Positions 1 through 10,408 are shown, counted from the first letter of the whole stretch. The stretch is 63,594 nt of DNA, filler included, from Candidatus Aminicenantales bacterium (GCA_049512315.1; 4 parts of 4 records of this genome joined end to end with filler, not necessarily neighbours in it); one strand, 5' to 3'. The notes: a model not told the origin generated them from the sequence alone. Made by a program: numbers and translations.

Positions 1-1977
1 GTGGTCCAAAATATCCTTGGTCAAGACTTACCCGAAAAATGGAAAAAATGGCTTAATGAGGAAGTCATCTATATAATCACTCCCAAAGAAAAAGAGGTCT
101 TTTTGACTCTAAAATCCGAAAGAGAACGCGAAGCTTTCGAAACAGCATTTTGGCTTCAAAGAGACCCCACCCCGGGAACCCCGGCAAATGAATTTAAAGA
201 AGAGCATTATAGAAGGCTGAGATATGCCGATGAGTTCCTAGGAAGAGGAAGTTCCCAACCCGGCTGGAAAACAGATCGAGGAAAAATCTACATCATTCTG
301 GGCAAGCCCGTGGACGTCCAGAGATTCTATGAGTCAGCTTATAACCTCGTTCCCTGTGAGCTTTGGAATTATCAAGGAGATACTTCCCTGGGTTTGCCTC
401 CTTTTTTCTATATCATTTTTTATCAGGACGCAGGTTCGAGCGAATATAAGCTTTATAGCCCCTCTTTTGACGGTCCACAGAGACTTCTTGAGCACACCCA
501 GCAAGCAACAAATTACAGCCGCAATCAAGCTTATCAACAGATTAAAGGAGCCTCGCCAGAGCTCGCCGAAGCCTCGCTCACTTATATCCCGGGAACCGGA
601 GAAGATTCTACGTCCTCAATCTCTTCCCTTTCTTCAGATCTTCTCATCTCCCAGATCCAGAACTTGCCCGTCAAAAGAGGCCAGAAGGAATGGGCAGAAG
701 CCTTTGCCAGAGCCAAAGAAATTATCACCGAGGATTATTCTGTTAACTATGTTCCATGTAACTCAGTGCTTTTTGTCCACCAGGAGAACCAAAAAAATTA
801 CGTCCATGCCATAATCGAGCCTAATCAGTTGAGCATGAGTCATTATGAGCAAAAAGATATTGCTCCCGTCAAACTCAATGTTGTTGTTTCAGACAGCTCT
901 GGCAATATCATCCACCAAGAAGAAAAAAATGTTCCGATTGAGGTCAGTCACAAGGATTTTGAGAAAATTCAAAGAAGAATATCGGCCATTGGGGATGTTA
1001 TTCCCATTGTCGAAGGCAATTTTTCCATCCGGCTGCTTCTAAGGAATCTCGAGTCCAAAGAGTTTTCAAGCCTTGATGAGAAGGTCTCTTCTCCAACTCC
1101 GGGGAAACCTTCACTGAGTCCGCTTCTCCTTCTCTACGGTGAAAAAGAGGTTCCTCACGCTGCAGACACCATCCCTTTTCTACTCTCCGGACACCAACTC
1201 TATCCAAACAGCCAAAAAGTTTACACGACCAATGAAGCTCTCATTTTTTATTCTGAAATTTACAACCCTTCTGCCGAACTCAACGCTTGCACTTTTTCTT
1301 TCACTATCAGCCAAGACGAAAAGATCTTAACCACCCAGAGGGAAAGCGTCCAGAATCAGGCCTATTTTTTAGAAAGATTTCCGCTGAAGGGTTTTAAGGC
1401 CGGATACTACGAGCTTCGCGTGTCTGTGGTTAATACCAACGGAAAGGAAATCCTTTCTTCAGGAAGCGAATTTGCTGTCGTCCCTCTAACCGTAATCCCC
1501 AGACCCTGGAACTTCAACCGGATCTACCCCCCTCTTGATCATCCCTATTTTTCAATCATACGGGCCACCGAATATCTGGGCTTGGGTCAAAATGACATGG
1601 TCATAAAAGAACTAGAGAAATTCTACTCCCCTTCTAACCCTCAAAAAGACATCGCCCTTCGGTTGGCGAGCGCCTATTTTAACAAGAGAGATTTTCCAAA
1701 GGTTGTCACTATCTTGGACCCGCTCAAAGAAGTCCAAGATCTCGAGATAGATAAGTTATTAGGAAGAGCTTATCTTGAGACGTTAAATTACGCGAAAGCC
1801 GTTGAGTTCTTCACAAAAGCGCTGGCCGCAGGGGGCGAAATTGTCGAAATTCTCAACATGCTTGGCTATAGTTGTTTTAAGAATGGCGATCTAGAAAATG
1901 CGCGAAAATACTTAGCACGATCGCTAAGAGTTAATCCCGATCAGCCGGAGATCAAGCGACTCATAGAAAAGATTTGA
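1..1977 (+). CDS. GWxTD domain-containing protein with C-terminal TPR repeats (5' end probably outside window)
   Basis: WLNEEVIYII...FWLQRDPTPGTPANEFKEEHYRR...GWKTDRGKIYIILGKP signature; TPR-like helices at C-terminus; paralog at 21780-23921. Confidence 0.9.
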   Translation: MVQNILGQDLPEKWKKWLNEEVIYIITPKEKEVFLTLKSEREREAFETAFWLQRDPTPGTPANEFKEEHYRRLRYADEFLGRGSSQPGWKTDRGKIYIILGKPVDVQRFYESAYNLVPCELWNYQGDTSLGLPPFFYIIFYQDAGSSEYKLYSPSFDGPQRLLEHTQQATNYSRNQAYQQIKGASPELAEASLTYIPGTGEDSTSSISSLSSDLLISQIQNLPVKRGQKEWAEAFARAKEIITEDYSVNYVPCNSVLFVHQENQKNYVHAIIEPNQLSMSHYEQKDIAPVKLNVVVSDSSGNIIHQEEKNVPIEVSHKDFEKIQRRISAIGDVIPIVEGNFSIRLLLRNLESKEFSSLDEKVSSPTPGKPSLSPLLLLYGEKEVPHAADTIPFLLSGHQLYPNSQKVYTTNEALIFYSEIYNPSAELNACTFSFTISQDEKILTTQRESVQNQAYFLERFPLKGFKAGYYELRVSVVNTNGKEILSSGSEFAVVPLTVIPRPWNFNRIYPPLDHPYFSIIRATEYLGLGQNDMVIKELEKFYSPSNPQKDIALRLASAYFNKRDFPKVVTILDPLKEVQDLEIDKLLGRAYLETLNYAKAVEFFTKALAAGGEIVEILNMLGYSCFKNGDLENARKYLARSLRVNPDQPEIKRLIEKI

Positions 1978-2170
1978 GAGGGATGAGCCGCTTTTCCCTT
2001 TTGCTTGAAGGCAAAGATGAAACCGTTGCGAAGATTGAACTTCCTGAAGTGGAACATCTTTGCAAAGACAACTACGTGCCGACCAATTGTGTGCTGATGT
2101 TCGGCGGAGATGCCGCTAGGTCTGACTTGGGGAACGCTATTAGAAGAGAGCAAAAAAAGGAGATCTCCCC

Positions 2171-3433
2171 ATGAAAAGCAACAAGCTAATTATCTGCTGT
2201 CTGCTCGCCCTTTTTCTGGTGCCCGCCATAGGCGCAGAGCCGCCAGCCGCTCTGGACGGTCACTGGCATGCCGTTTGGATGTCGAGCGGCGGCGAAATTC
2301 CGGTCGATTTGTATATCAAAACTAACTCTGCGGGACAACTCGAAGCTGAGGTTCACAATGGCCCGGAAGTGGTCCAGTTTTCCCGAGTCAACAGAGCGGA
2401 CAACCATATTGACCTTTTCATCGATCACTTTGAATCTCAAATCAGCGCCGAACTCTCGCCCGATGGAAAATCGATGAAAGGGAACTGGTCCAAGCAGACC
2501 GGGAATCCGAACCAGATGACATTTTACGCGGAAAAAGGAGATTTGGAGAGATTTCCAAAGGACAAGTTCCCCGCTCCCGCTAAAAAAACCCTGATAAACG
2601 ATGCGTCGGGCACGTGGAAGTTAAGGTTTGAGGGGGACGATTATGATTCAGTTTGTCTGTTCGAGCAAAAAGGCGAAAAACTAACCGGCACGATCCGTGC
2701 TATCGACGGCGACTTCAGATGGCTGGAAGGGGCTTACAGGAACGGGCTCCTTCTCCTCTCTTCCTTTAATGGGTCATGGGCATTCCTTTTCAAAGCGGAG
2801 TCGGATGAAAAAGGAATTCTCCATGGAATCTGGGCCCGGGGCCCTCGGCCCGGAGTCAAATGGACGGCCGTTAAGGAAGAAGCGATGCTTCCCGATCTCT
2901 TTAGCCTGACCAAGCTTTCGAATAGCGCGGGCCTCTTGCGTTTCAAATATCCTTCGGCCGATGATCCAAGGCGCACTATCTCAAATTCAGATCCAGAATT
3001 CCAGGGAAAGCCTCTACTCATTATTCTGTCAACGACCGGGTGTCCCAACACGCACCAGCTCGCTGTGGTCCTATCACAACTTTATAAAGACTACCATCCG
3101 CAAGGGCTGAATGCCCTGGGCATCTTTTTTGAGCTGACCGATGATCTTACCAGGATTCAAACCCGCATCCGGAGGTTCAAGCAAGAATATGATTTGCCTT
3201 TTCCCTTCGCTTATTCTTTGACCATGAGCAAAGACGATGTTGTTAAAGAGATCCCTGATTTCAAGAATTTTCTGGCTTGGCCGACGGTCGTTTTTGTGGG
3301 CCGCAACGGAAGGGTCACAGCTATTCACACGGGAGTTGACGGCCCGGCCACAGGAAAATACTATGATCAGCTTATTCTGAATTTTCGACAGAAGATCGAA
3401 GAGCTCTTATCGGCTCCGAACAAGGGACGTTAA
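2171..3433 (+). CDS. Secreted TlpA/redoxin-like thioredoxin-fold protein with N-terminal beta domains
   Basis: AAGGAG RBS; signal peptide; C-terminal thioredoxin fold (GKPLLIILSTTGCPNT...YHPQGL...WPTVVFVGRNGRV). Confidence 0.75.
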   Translation: MKSNKLIICCLLALFLVPAIGAEPPAALDGHWHAVWMSSGGEIPVDLYIKTNSAGQLEAEVHNGPEVVQFSRVNRADNHIDLFIDHFESQISAELSPDGKSMKGNWSKQTGNPNQMTFYAEKGDLERFPKDKFPAPAKKTLINDASGTWKLRFEGDDYDSVCLFEQKGEKLTGTIRAIDGDFRWLEGAYRNGLLLLSSFNGSWAFLFKAESDEKGILHGIWARGPRPGVKWTAVKEEAMLPDLFSLTKLSNSAGLLRFKYPSADDPRRTISNSDPEFQGKPLLIILSTTGCPNTHQLAVVLSQLYKDYHPQGLNALGIFFELTDDLTRIQTRIRRFKQEYDLPFPFAYSLTMSKDDVVKEIPDFKNFLAWPTVVFVGRNGRVTAIHTGVDGPATGKYYDQLILNFRQKIEELLSAPNKGR

Positions 3434-3626
3434 AACATCCTCTTGGGCTTGAGGATTCTCTTGTAAAGGGCCGATTGGCTCTTACCGTACAATACCTTGC
3501 CATTGATGATGGTGTAATCGACATAGGTCCTGTAGTCCAGAGGGTTTCCATCGAGGATGATGATATCAGCGTCCTTGCCTTCTTCCAGGCTTCCCACTCG
3601 ATCACTCATCCCGAGGAGTTTTGCCG
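3430..3626 (-). pseudogene. 3'-terminal fragment of an amidohydrolase-family gene
   Basis: AKLLGMSDRVGSLEEGKDADIIILDGNPL...IINGKVLY is the typical amidohydrolase C-terminal motif; no start; the rest of ORF 3430-4140 is IS antisense. Confidence 0.8.
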
Positions 3627-3703
3627 TCAGGGGCGGGCTCGATGAGAAAGATGCCTTGGAAGCTTTGACCATCAAACCGGCCGAGCTTCTCGGGATCAGT
3701 GAT
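3623..3703 (+). pseudogene. Second amidohydrolase fragment in opposite orientation, cut by IS256
   Basis: + strand reads AVRGGLDEKDALEALTIKPAELLGISD and stops exactly at the IS left end (3704). Confidence 0.65.
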
Positions 3704-5019
3704 GGGAGTGTAAGGAAAACTGTGTAAACCTCCTTGAATAGGTAGAATGAATCAAGGAGGTTCCATTGGCTCTTGACCGAGACGAACTGAAAAAACTGCC
3801 TAAGGAGAAGGGCGTTAAATCCCTGGATGATTTTAACGCCTTCATGCGGGAGGTCAGCAAGGAGGTCGTCGAAATGCTCCTCGACGGTGAGCTGACCGAC
3901 CATCTGGGCTTCGAAAAGCACGACCAGAAAGCCAAGGTCACCGATAATACCAGAAACGGCTATACCCCCAAGACCGTCAAATCCAAGTTTGGCGAGATCG
4001 ACCTGGAGGTCCCCCGGGACAGGAAGTCCGATTTTGAGCCCCAGATCGTCAAGAAGCGCCAGAAAGACATCTCGGGGCTGGAAGAGAAAATCATCTCGAT
4101 GTACGCGAAGGGGATGACAACCCGGGACATCCAGGCCCACATCAAGGATCTTTACGGCTACGAGATCTCACCCGAGACGGTGAGCTCCATCACGGACAAA
4201 GTCATGGAGCGAGCCCGGGAATGGCAGGGCCGGCCGCTGGAATCCGTCTATGCCCTGATCTATATGGATGCTGTGTTCCTGAAGATGCGGCTCGAGGGCC
4301 ATGTCCGGAACGTGGCTCTGTACACGATCATCGGGATAAACCTCGACGGCCAGAAGGAATGCCTGGGGCTGTGGATCTGCGAGACGGAATCGGCCAAGTA
4401 CTGGCTCTCGGTCCTTAATGAGCTGAAAAACCGAGGAGTCGAGGATGTTCTCATCTTTACGGTCGACAACCTCAAGGGGATCTCGGAGGCCATCGAGGCC
4501 GTCTTCCCCCGGGCCGAGGTCCAAAAATGCGTCGTCCACCAGATCCGCAACTCCCTCCGGTATGTGTCCTGGAAAGAACGCAAGCCCATGGCTAAAGACC
4601 TGCGGCGGATCTACGAGGCCGCCACGGAAAAAGAGGGGGCAGCGGCGCTGGATGAGTTCTCGGAAAAGTGGGACAAACGCTATCCTCATATCTCCGCCTC
4701 ATGGGGTAGCAACTGGGATAAGATCGTCACCTTTTTCAAATATCCTCCGGAGATCCGGACTATGGTTTATACGACGAATCCCATCGAAAGCCTGAACCGG
4801 AAGATCAAAAAAGTCGCCAAGAACAAATCGATCTTCCCCAACGACCAGGCTCTCATCAAGCAGGTCTCCCTGGCTGTTGAAGAAGCGGCGAAGAAGTGGA
4901 CCTTCCGTCACAGGGACTGGGCTATGATATACTCCCAGCTGATGATCTATTTTGGCGACCGTTTGGATGAACGCGCTTAAATGCAGAAAAGGGGTTTACA
5001 CAGAATATCTGACACTCCC
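3704..5019 (+). mobile_element. IS256-family insertion sequence (1316 bp)
   Basis: Imperfect terminal IRs GGGAGTGTAAGGAAAACTGTGTAAACC (3704-3730) and the reverse complement of GGTTTACACAGAATATCTGACACTCCC (ends 5019) enclose the transposase; no target duplication seen. Confidence 0.92.
3766..4980 (+). CDS. IS256 (Mutator) family transposase
   Basis: RNGY, PRDR, YMDA, VDNLKG, QKCVVHQIRN, YTTNPIESLN motifs; AAGGAGG RBS before TTG start. Confidence 0.95.
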   Translation: MALDRDELKKLPKEKGVKSLDDFNAFMREVSKEVVEMLLDGELTDHLGFEKHDQKAKVTDNTRNGYTPKTVKSKFGEIDLEVPRDRKSDFEPQIVKKRQKDISGLEEKIISMYAKGMTTRDIQAHIKDLYGYEISPETVSSITDKVMERAREWQGRPLESVYALIYMDAVFLKMRLEGHVRNVALYTIIGINLDGQKECLGLWICETESAKYWLSVLNELKNRGVEDVLIFTVDNLKGISEAIEAVFPRAEVQKCVVHQIRNSLRYVSWKERKPMAKDLRRIYEAATEKEGAAALDEFSEKWDKRYPHISASWGSNWDKIVTFFKYPPEIRTMVYTTNPIESLNRKIKKVAKNKSIFPNDQALIKQVSLAVEEAAKKWTFRHRDWAMIYSQLMIYFGDRLDERA

Positions 5020-5058
5020 CGCGAATCCGAAACCGCTTGATGACGAACAAAGTCTATC

Positions 5059-6474
5059 ATGAACATCTGGATCACCAAGACTCCGGCGCAGATCGACGAC
5101 GCTTCGGAGCACACCCAGCTCAAGAGGAGCCTGACGTCCTTAGACCTGGCCGCCCTGGGCATAGGCTCGGTCGTCGGCACGGGCATCTTCGTCGCCACGG
5201 GCCCCGCGGCCCGGCTGGCGGGCCCGGGCCTCCTCCTGTCGTTCATCATCGCCGCCATTACCTGCGGGTTCTGCGCTCTCACCTACTCGGAGCTGGCCTG
5301 CATGTTCCCGGTCGCGGGCAGCACGTATTCCTACTCCTACGTCGCCTTCGGAGAGGTCATCGCCTGGATCATCGGCTGGGACCTGATGCTTGAATACCTG
5401 GTCGCCACGAGCGCCGTGGCCTCAGGCTGGTCGACGACGTTCATCGGGCTTATCCAGAGCGCCGGCGTCAAGTTGCCGAAGGTGCTGCTGACGCCGCCCA
5501 TCACGACCAACGCGGTTGGCAGGATCGTCCTCTCCGGCGGCGTCGTGGACGTCCCGGCCATCGTCATCACCCTGCTCATCACCTGGATCCTCTACATCGG
5601 GATCAAGGAGAGCGCCAAGATCAACAACATCATCGTCCTCGTCAAGATCGTTGTCATCGTGCTCTTCGTCTTCCTGGGCGTCCGCCATGTCAGCCTCTCC
5701 AACCTCCACCCCCTGATGCCGTTCGGCTGGAAGGGCATCATGGCCGGCGCCGCCATCATCTTCTTCGCCTACATCGGTTTCAACGCGGTCTCCACGGCGG
5801 CAGAGGAGACCAAAAACCCCAAGAAAGACGTCCCCCGGGCCCTCATGATTTGCCTGGGCGTTGTTATCATCCTCTATGTCTCGGTGGCGTTCGTCCTGAC
5901 CGGGATCGTCCCCTACAAGCTGATCGACGTGGGCAACGCGCTGCCGGCCGCCCTGGCCCGGATTGGGATCCAGTGGGGCGGGGCGATTGTCGCCACGGGG
6001 GCCATCATCGGCATGGTCTCGACCCTCCTCGTCGGCCTGTACGGCCAGATCCGGATCTTCATGGCCATGGCCCGCGACGGCCTCCTGCCCACCGCGTTCT
6101 CCAAAGTCCATCCGGTGCACAAGACCCCGCACATCTGCACCTGGATCACGGGCATCGCGACTGCTTTGATCGCCGGCCTCTTCCCGCTGCCGATGATCAT
6201 CGACCTCTGCAATATCGGAACTCTCTTCGCCTTCGTCCTCGTCTCGGTGGGCGTCATCGTCCTGAGGAGGACGCGGCCCGAGGTCGAGCGGAAATTCAAG
6301 ACGCCGGGCGTTCCCTTCACGCCGCTCATCACGGTCGCCTTCTGTTTCTACTTGATGTACAGCCTGCCCAAGATCACCTGGATCAGGTTCGGCATCTGGT
6401 TGGTCGCCGGCCTCCTGATCTATTTCTTGTATAGCGTCCGCCACAGCAAGCTGCAGGTGAGGCCGGCGAAGTAA
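5059..6474 (+). CDS. APC-family amino acid permease (cationic amino acid transporter-like)
   Basis: GIGSVVGTGIF, YSELACMFPVAGSTYSY, FFAYIGF, AEETKNPKKDVP; about 12 TM helices. Confidence 0.92.
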   Translation: MNIWITKTPAQIDDASEHTQLKRSLTSLDLAALGIGSVVGTGIFVATGPAARLAGPGLLLSFIIAAITCGFCALTYSELACMFPVAGSTYSYSYVAFGEVIAWIIGWDLMLEYLVATSAVASGWSTTFIGLIQSAGVKLPKVLLTPPITTNAVGRIVLSGGVVDVPAIVITLLITWILYIGIKESAKINNIIVLVKIVVIVLFVFLGVRHVSLSNLHPLMPFGWKGIMAGAAIIFFAYIGFNAVSTAAEETKNPKKDVPRALMICLGVVIILYVSVAFVLTGIVPYKLIDVGNALPAALARIGIQWGGAIVATGAIIGMVSTLLVGLYGQIRIFMAMARDGLLPTAFSKVHPVHKTPHICTWITGIATALIAGLFPLPMIIDLCNIGTLFAFVLVSVGVIVLRRTRPEVERKFKTPGVPFTPLITVAFCFYLMYSLPKITWIRFGIWLVAGLLIYFLYSVRHSKLQVRPAK

Positions 6475-6687
6475 TTCCGGACCGGGATTCAGGCCGGACC
6501 GTCTGGCGGGGACTGAGATGGCCGAAAGATAAGAATTTACTTTTTCCGCGTCACGGACACGCCCGGCTTCCCGGCGGGAATGAATGAGGTCGCACAATTG
6601 CTGCAATACAGGGCTAAATCGGTGTTGTCAGAATAGCACTTGGAGCACTTGTTGGCCAAGCGAGTTTCCCTCCTCTAATTTGCCTCA

Positions 6688-7343
6688 CAGGGCTGGTGCG
6701 TCAATCCCAAGCGGACCTACCGGATTTACTGCCAGGAGGGGCTCAACCTGCGTCGGAAGCGTCCTCGTCGGCATGTCACGAGCAACCGACGGAAGGCGCG
6801 GCCGGAGGTCGAGCGCCTGCTGGAGCATGGATTTTGTGGTGGACAGCCTCTTCAACGGCCATCGGTTCCGGGCCTTAACGATAGTCGATAATTATAGTCG
6901 GGAGTGCCTGGCCATAGAAGTCGGCCAAAGCATGACGGGCGCGGAAATGACCGCCGTCATCGAGCGGCTGGTGAAGGAGCGAGGCGCTCCGGATCGCATC
7001 CAATGCGACAATGGGAGCGAATTTATTTCCAGGGTTTTGGACAAGTGGGCGTATGAAAACGAGGTCACGATGGACTTCCCAAGACCCGGTAAGCCTATGG
7101 ATAATGCTATGATCGAATCGTTCAACGGCACGTTCCGGGATGAATGTCTGAACGTCAATTGGTTCTTGTCGATGGAGGACGCCCGGGAGAAATTAGATAA
7201 GTGGCGGGAGGATTACAATGAATTCCGGCCTCACAGTTCGCTCGGGGACTTGACGTCACGGCAGTTCGTTGATAAGTTCAAGAGCAGTTTAAAAAGCCAA
7301 AAAACTTCATTTTTGGCTGGACCAGTTTTAGGGTGAGGCTCCA
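6688..7343 (+). pseudogene. IS3-family (IS407-like) transposase OrfB remnant, 5'-truncated and frameshifted
   Basis: GWCVNPKRTYRIYCQEGLNLRRKRPRR in one frame, then WSMDF...DNGSEF...IESFNGTFRDECLN...RPHSSLG in another; IR-like end near 7343; no OrfA. Confidence 0.85.
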
Positions 7344-7396
7344 AACCCTCTCGAGTTATCAACGTAAGGCAGCATCCGGTCGTCACTCTTTTTCGT

Positions 7397-7706
7397 CTAT
7401 TTGTTATGTTCCTCCGTCTTCATGACGAAGCCGGTCACTTCCGTCGCAATGAAAAAATCCGTGACTAGCCGCTCGGCGAATTTCAATTTCCACTCGACGG
7501 CCTCGGTCACTTTTCCGGGATCCAGAGCCCCGAAGTCCCTCATGGCCGCCGCGTAGTCGAAGACGGCGCCGGCCAGAAACCTCATTTTGAATTTTTTTTA
7601 GGATGTTCTCATCCAGTACGGGAGGCGTCGTCCCTGCCGCGTAAGTTAAATGACTCAAGAAAAAAGCGCAAAGAGATATGATGAGAAAAAAGACTCTTCT
7701 GCTCAT
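7397..7706 (-). pseudogene. Chimeric remnant: 5' end of an M28/DUF4910-type peptidase paralog joined out of frame to an unrelated 3' end
   Basis: AAGGAG RBS, signal peptide and TPPVLDENILKKIQNEVSG match TPPVLDEEILKRIQHEVSG of 10435-12609; similarity stops at about 7572. Confidence 0.7.
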
Positions 7707-7734
7707 CGACGATCTCCTTCTTGTGGATCCGAGG

Positions 7735-7764
7735 TTGACATTGTATTAAGTTCTTCCTTAAAAT
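7735..7764 (+). promoter_or_regulatory. Sigma70-type promoter upstream of S9 peptidase
   Basis: TTGACA-18 nt-TAAAAT. Confidence 0.65.
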
Positions 7765-7845
7765 AAACAACATAAAAATTTGCCTGCGCTCTTAATGGGC
7801 AACGGCGAACAGAGATTAATTCCTGATGTTAAGGAGGTCCGCTTG

Positions 7846-10218
7846 ATGTCAAGACTATTCTGGAAAAGAAGTTTATCCGTCCTGTATGCGTTCTATCTGT
7901 TCTTCCTAGGACACTTTAAGGTCATGGCCAACAACCCCAAATTGACCCTCGATTGGATTGCCCTGGACTCTTATAAATCCGTAGGCATGACCCCAAATCA
8001 GATTCACTGGGCAGAAGATGGCAAAAGAATCTATTTTCGGTGGAACCCCAAGAGGGAAAAGACCTGGCAGGGCCTTCTCTACTGGGTTTCTCCCGAAGGA
8101 GGGACGCCGACCCAGATCCTCGAATCAGATCTATGGAAACTCCCCGAAGGATCCGGCAACCGTAACAGGCAAGAGACCTACACGGTCTACAGCAAATATG
8201 GCGACATTTTCTTAATGGACTTGAAATCCGGACAGGTTAAAAGAATCTTCAATACTAAAAAAAGAGAAGACTCTCCTCGATTCCTTCGAGACGGTCATCG
8301 CTTTACCTTTGAGACAGACAGCAACCTTTATCTCTACGATATTTCTACCGGCACGACAACGCAATTGACAGATATTCGTTCCGCGGAAGACCCAGAAAAG
8401 AAGCTGGAATTAAGCAAGGAAGAAGAATATCTCAAAGAGCAGCAAGAAAAGCTCTTTGAAATTTTAAAGGAACGCAAAGAACTCAATGAATATCAGCAAC
8501 AGTTGGAGAAAAGGGAAGATCCGAAACCCAAACCATACTATTTAGGCAGCCCCAAAAAGAGAGTGTCGGCATTCATCCCATCCCCAGACGGAAAGTATGT
8601 GGGAATCCTCGTTGAGGATACCTCGAAATCGGAGCAAGCTCGTGTTGATATCGTGCCCAAGTATGTGACCGATAGCGGTTTCCTCGAAACCGAGGTATCC
8701 ATCAAAGGCAATGAGGCACGAGGCAAGGTCGGGTCTTCTGTGGTAACGACCAGAACAGGGGTCTATGAGGTTGAAACGGGAAAAGTCACTTGGCCCGAAG
8801 TGGAATTGGGAAACCGGGAGGTCAATCACAATGAGCCCCTTTGGTCAGATGATGGTTCAAAATTCGCCTTTGTGATCGGCTCGGTCGATAATAAGGATCG
8901 TTGGATAGCCGTGTATGATCTCAAGTCCGAGAAGGTTGAGGTCGTGGATCACGAAAGGGATGACGCCTTCCTCAACAATTTGCGGACAGGACGCGGCCCA
9001 ATGTCCCTTCCCGAGTTCGGTTTCTCTTATATGGGATGGCTCCAAGACAGCGATTCCCTTTATTTTCTCTCTGAAAGGGATGGGTGGATGCATCTCTACA
9101 CGTGCCAGATTTCAAAAAAAAAGATAACCCAGTTGACCAAAGGGAAATGGGAGATCGACTACATCAGATTATCCAAAGACAAATCGAGATTCTATCTGAC
9201 CACTTCCGAGATTCGCCCAGGGGAACGGCAGCTTTATTCAATGCCAGTGTCAGGCGGAGACAAAACCAGGATCACCACCGGAGCCGGATGGAACTTCCCC
9301 TATTTTTCTCCCGACGAATCCAAGATCGCTCTGGCCCACAGCAATTCGAATACGCCCGAGGAACTCTATATCGTGTCCAATAAGCCCGGGGCAATAATGA
9401 AAAAGCTGACTGACTCGACGACTCCGGATTTCAAGGCCCTTCACCTCCTCCAGCCTCAGATTATCACATTCTCTGATGCGGACGGCAATCTCATCTACGG
9501 AGATCTCTATCTTCCAGCCCAAGCTGAGGGGAAAAGGCCGGCTATTCTTTTTATCCACGGCGGCGGTTATTTGCAAGCGGTCTACAACCGCTGGTCTTGG
9601 AAGGAAGAGCGGCTGCTCAATCATTACCTTTCCCAGCAGGGCTACGTTGTCCTCAGCATTGATTACAGGGGCAGCGCCGGCTACGGCCGGGACTGCAGAA
9701 CCGCTACTTATCGGCATATGGGGGGAAAGGATGTCGATAGCGCATTGGCGGCCGTGGAGTATTTAACGAAAAATCACAACGTTGATCGAAAGCACATTGG
9801 CCTTTATGGCTCGTCGTATGGGGGATTTTTTACGCTGATGGCTCTCTTTACCCACCCCGGTGTGTTCAACGCCGGAGTGGCCGCCGCCTCGGTAGCCGAT
9901 TGGACCAACTACGATCATGGATACACCTCTCAATTCCTTAACCTCCCTTATGAAGATAAAGAGGCATACAGGCAAAGCTCCCCCATCTTCTTCGCCTCAG
10001 GGCTTCAGGACCATCTCTTGATTGTCCATGGAATAGAAGATAGCAACGTCCTTGTTGAGGATCCGATGCGGCTCGTCCAGCGGTTGATAGAATTGAAAAA
10101 GGAAAACTGGGATTACCATGTCTATCCGACAGAAGGCCATGGGCTAAACCAAGAATCCGGGCGCCTGGATTACTTCAAGCGGCTGGCCCAGTTTTTCGAC
10201 CAGCACCTAACACACTAA
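7846..10218 (+). CDS. S9-family (prolyl oligopeptidase/DPP IV-like) serine peptidase, exported
   Basis: ATG 7846 after AAGGAGG; beta-propeller repeats; IHGGG, DYRGSAGYG, GSSYGG nucleophile, HGIEDSNV, EGHG triad. Confidence 0.92.
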   Translation: MSRLFWKRSLSVLYAFYLFFLGHFKVMANNPKLTLDWIALDSYKSVGMTPNQIHWAEDGKRIYFRWNPKREKTWQGLLYWVSPEGGTPTQILESDLWKLPEGSGNRNRQETYTVYSKYGDIFLMDLKSGQVKRIFNTKKREDSPRFLRDGHRFTFETDSNLYLYDISTGTTTQLTDIRSAEDPEKKLELSKEEEYLKEQQEKLFEILKERKELNEYQQQLEKREDPKPKPYYLGSPKKRVSAFIPSPDGKYVGILVEDTSKSEQARVDIVPKYVTDSGFLETEVSIKGNEARGKVGSSVVTTRTGVYEVETGKVTWPEVELGNREVNHNEPLWSDDGSKFAFVIGSVDNKDRWIAVYDLKSEKVEVVDHERDDAFLNNLRTGRGPMSLPEFGFSYMGWLQDSDSLYFLSERDGWMHLYTCQISKKKITQLTKGKWEIDYIRLSKDKSRFYLTTSEIRPGERQLYSMPVSGGDKTRITTGAGWNFPYFSPDESKIALAHSNSNTPEELYIVSNKPGAIMKKLTDSTTPDFKALHLLQPQIITFSDADGNLIYGDLYLPAQAEGKRPAILFIHGGGYLQAVYNRWSWKEERLLNHYLSQQGYVVLSIDYRGSAGYGRDCRTATYRHMGGKDVDSALAAVEYLTKNHNVDRKHIGLYGSSYGGFFTLMALFTHPGVFNAGVAAASVADWTNYDHGYTSQFLNLPYEDKEAYRQSSPIFFASGLQDHLLIVHGIEDSNVLVEDPMRLVQRLIELKKENWDYHVYPTEGHGLNQESGRLDYFKRLAQFFDQHLTH

Positions 10219-10386
10219 AAAAGGAGCGACTCGACCATTCGGCTCAAACGTTCTTTTGTGTTGCAATCCTCTCACTTCTTTTTAAAGTCTATAATCTGGA
10301 TCTCTTTAAGCGAACCTTTGTAGTATCCCCCGAGGCTTGCCGCGGGGATTGTTTACTCCGAAACCGCCTGACGACAAACATGCTCA

Positions 10387-10408
10387 AAAGGAGCCCAAGG
10401 CTCCTTTC
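10387..10408. terminator. Hairpin between convergent peptidase genes
   Basis: AAAAGGAGCC-CAA-GGCTCCTTT; a second GC-rich hairpin ATCCCCCGAGGCTTGCCGCGGGGAT at about 10325-10349. Confidence 0.5.

Noticed and set aside
1974..2174. 66-aa ORF bridging the GWxTD and TlpA genes; NYVPTNCVL resembles NYVPCNSVL in the upstream protein
   Set aside because: The match is too short and there is no other support.
3430..4140. 236-aa ORF on the - strand
   Set aside because: Composite of IS256 antisense sequence and an amidohydrolase tail.
7397..7585. GALDPGKVT resembling the chaperonin GIIDPxKV motif
   Set aside because: Spacing to downstream residues does not fit GroEL; too weak to call.
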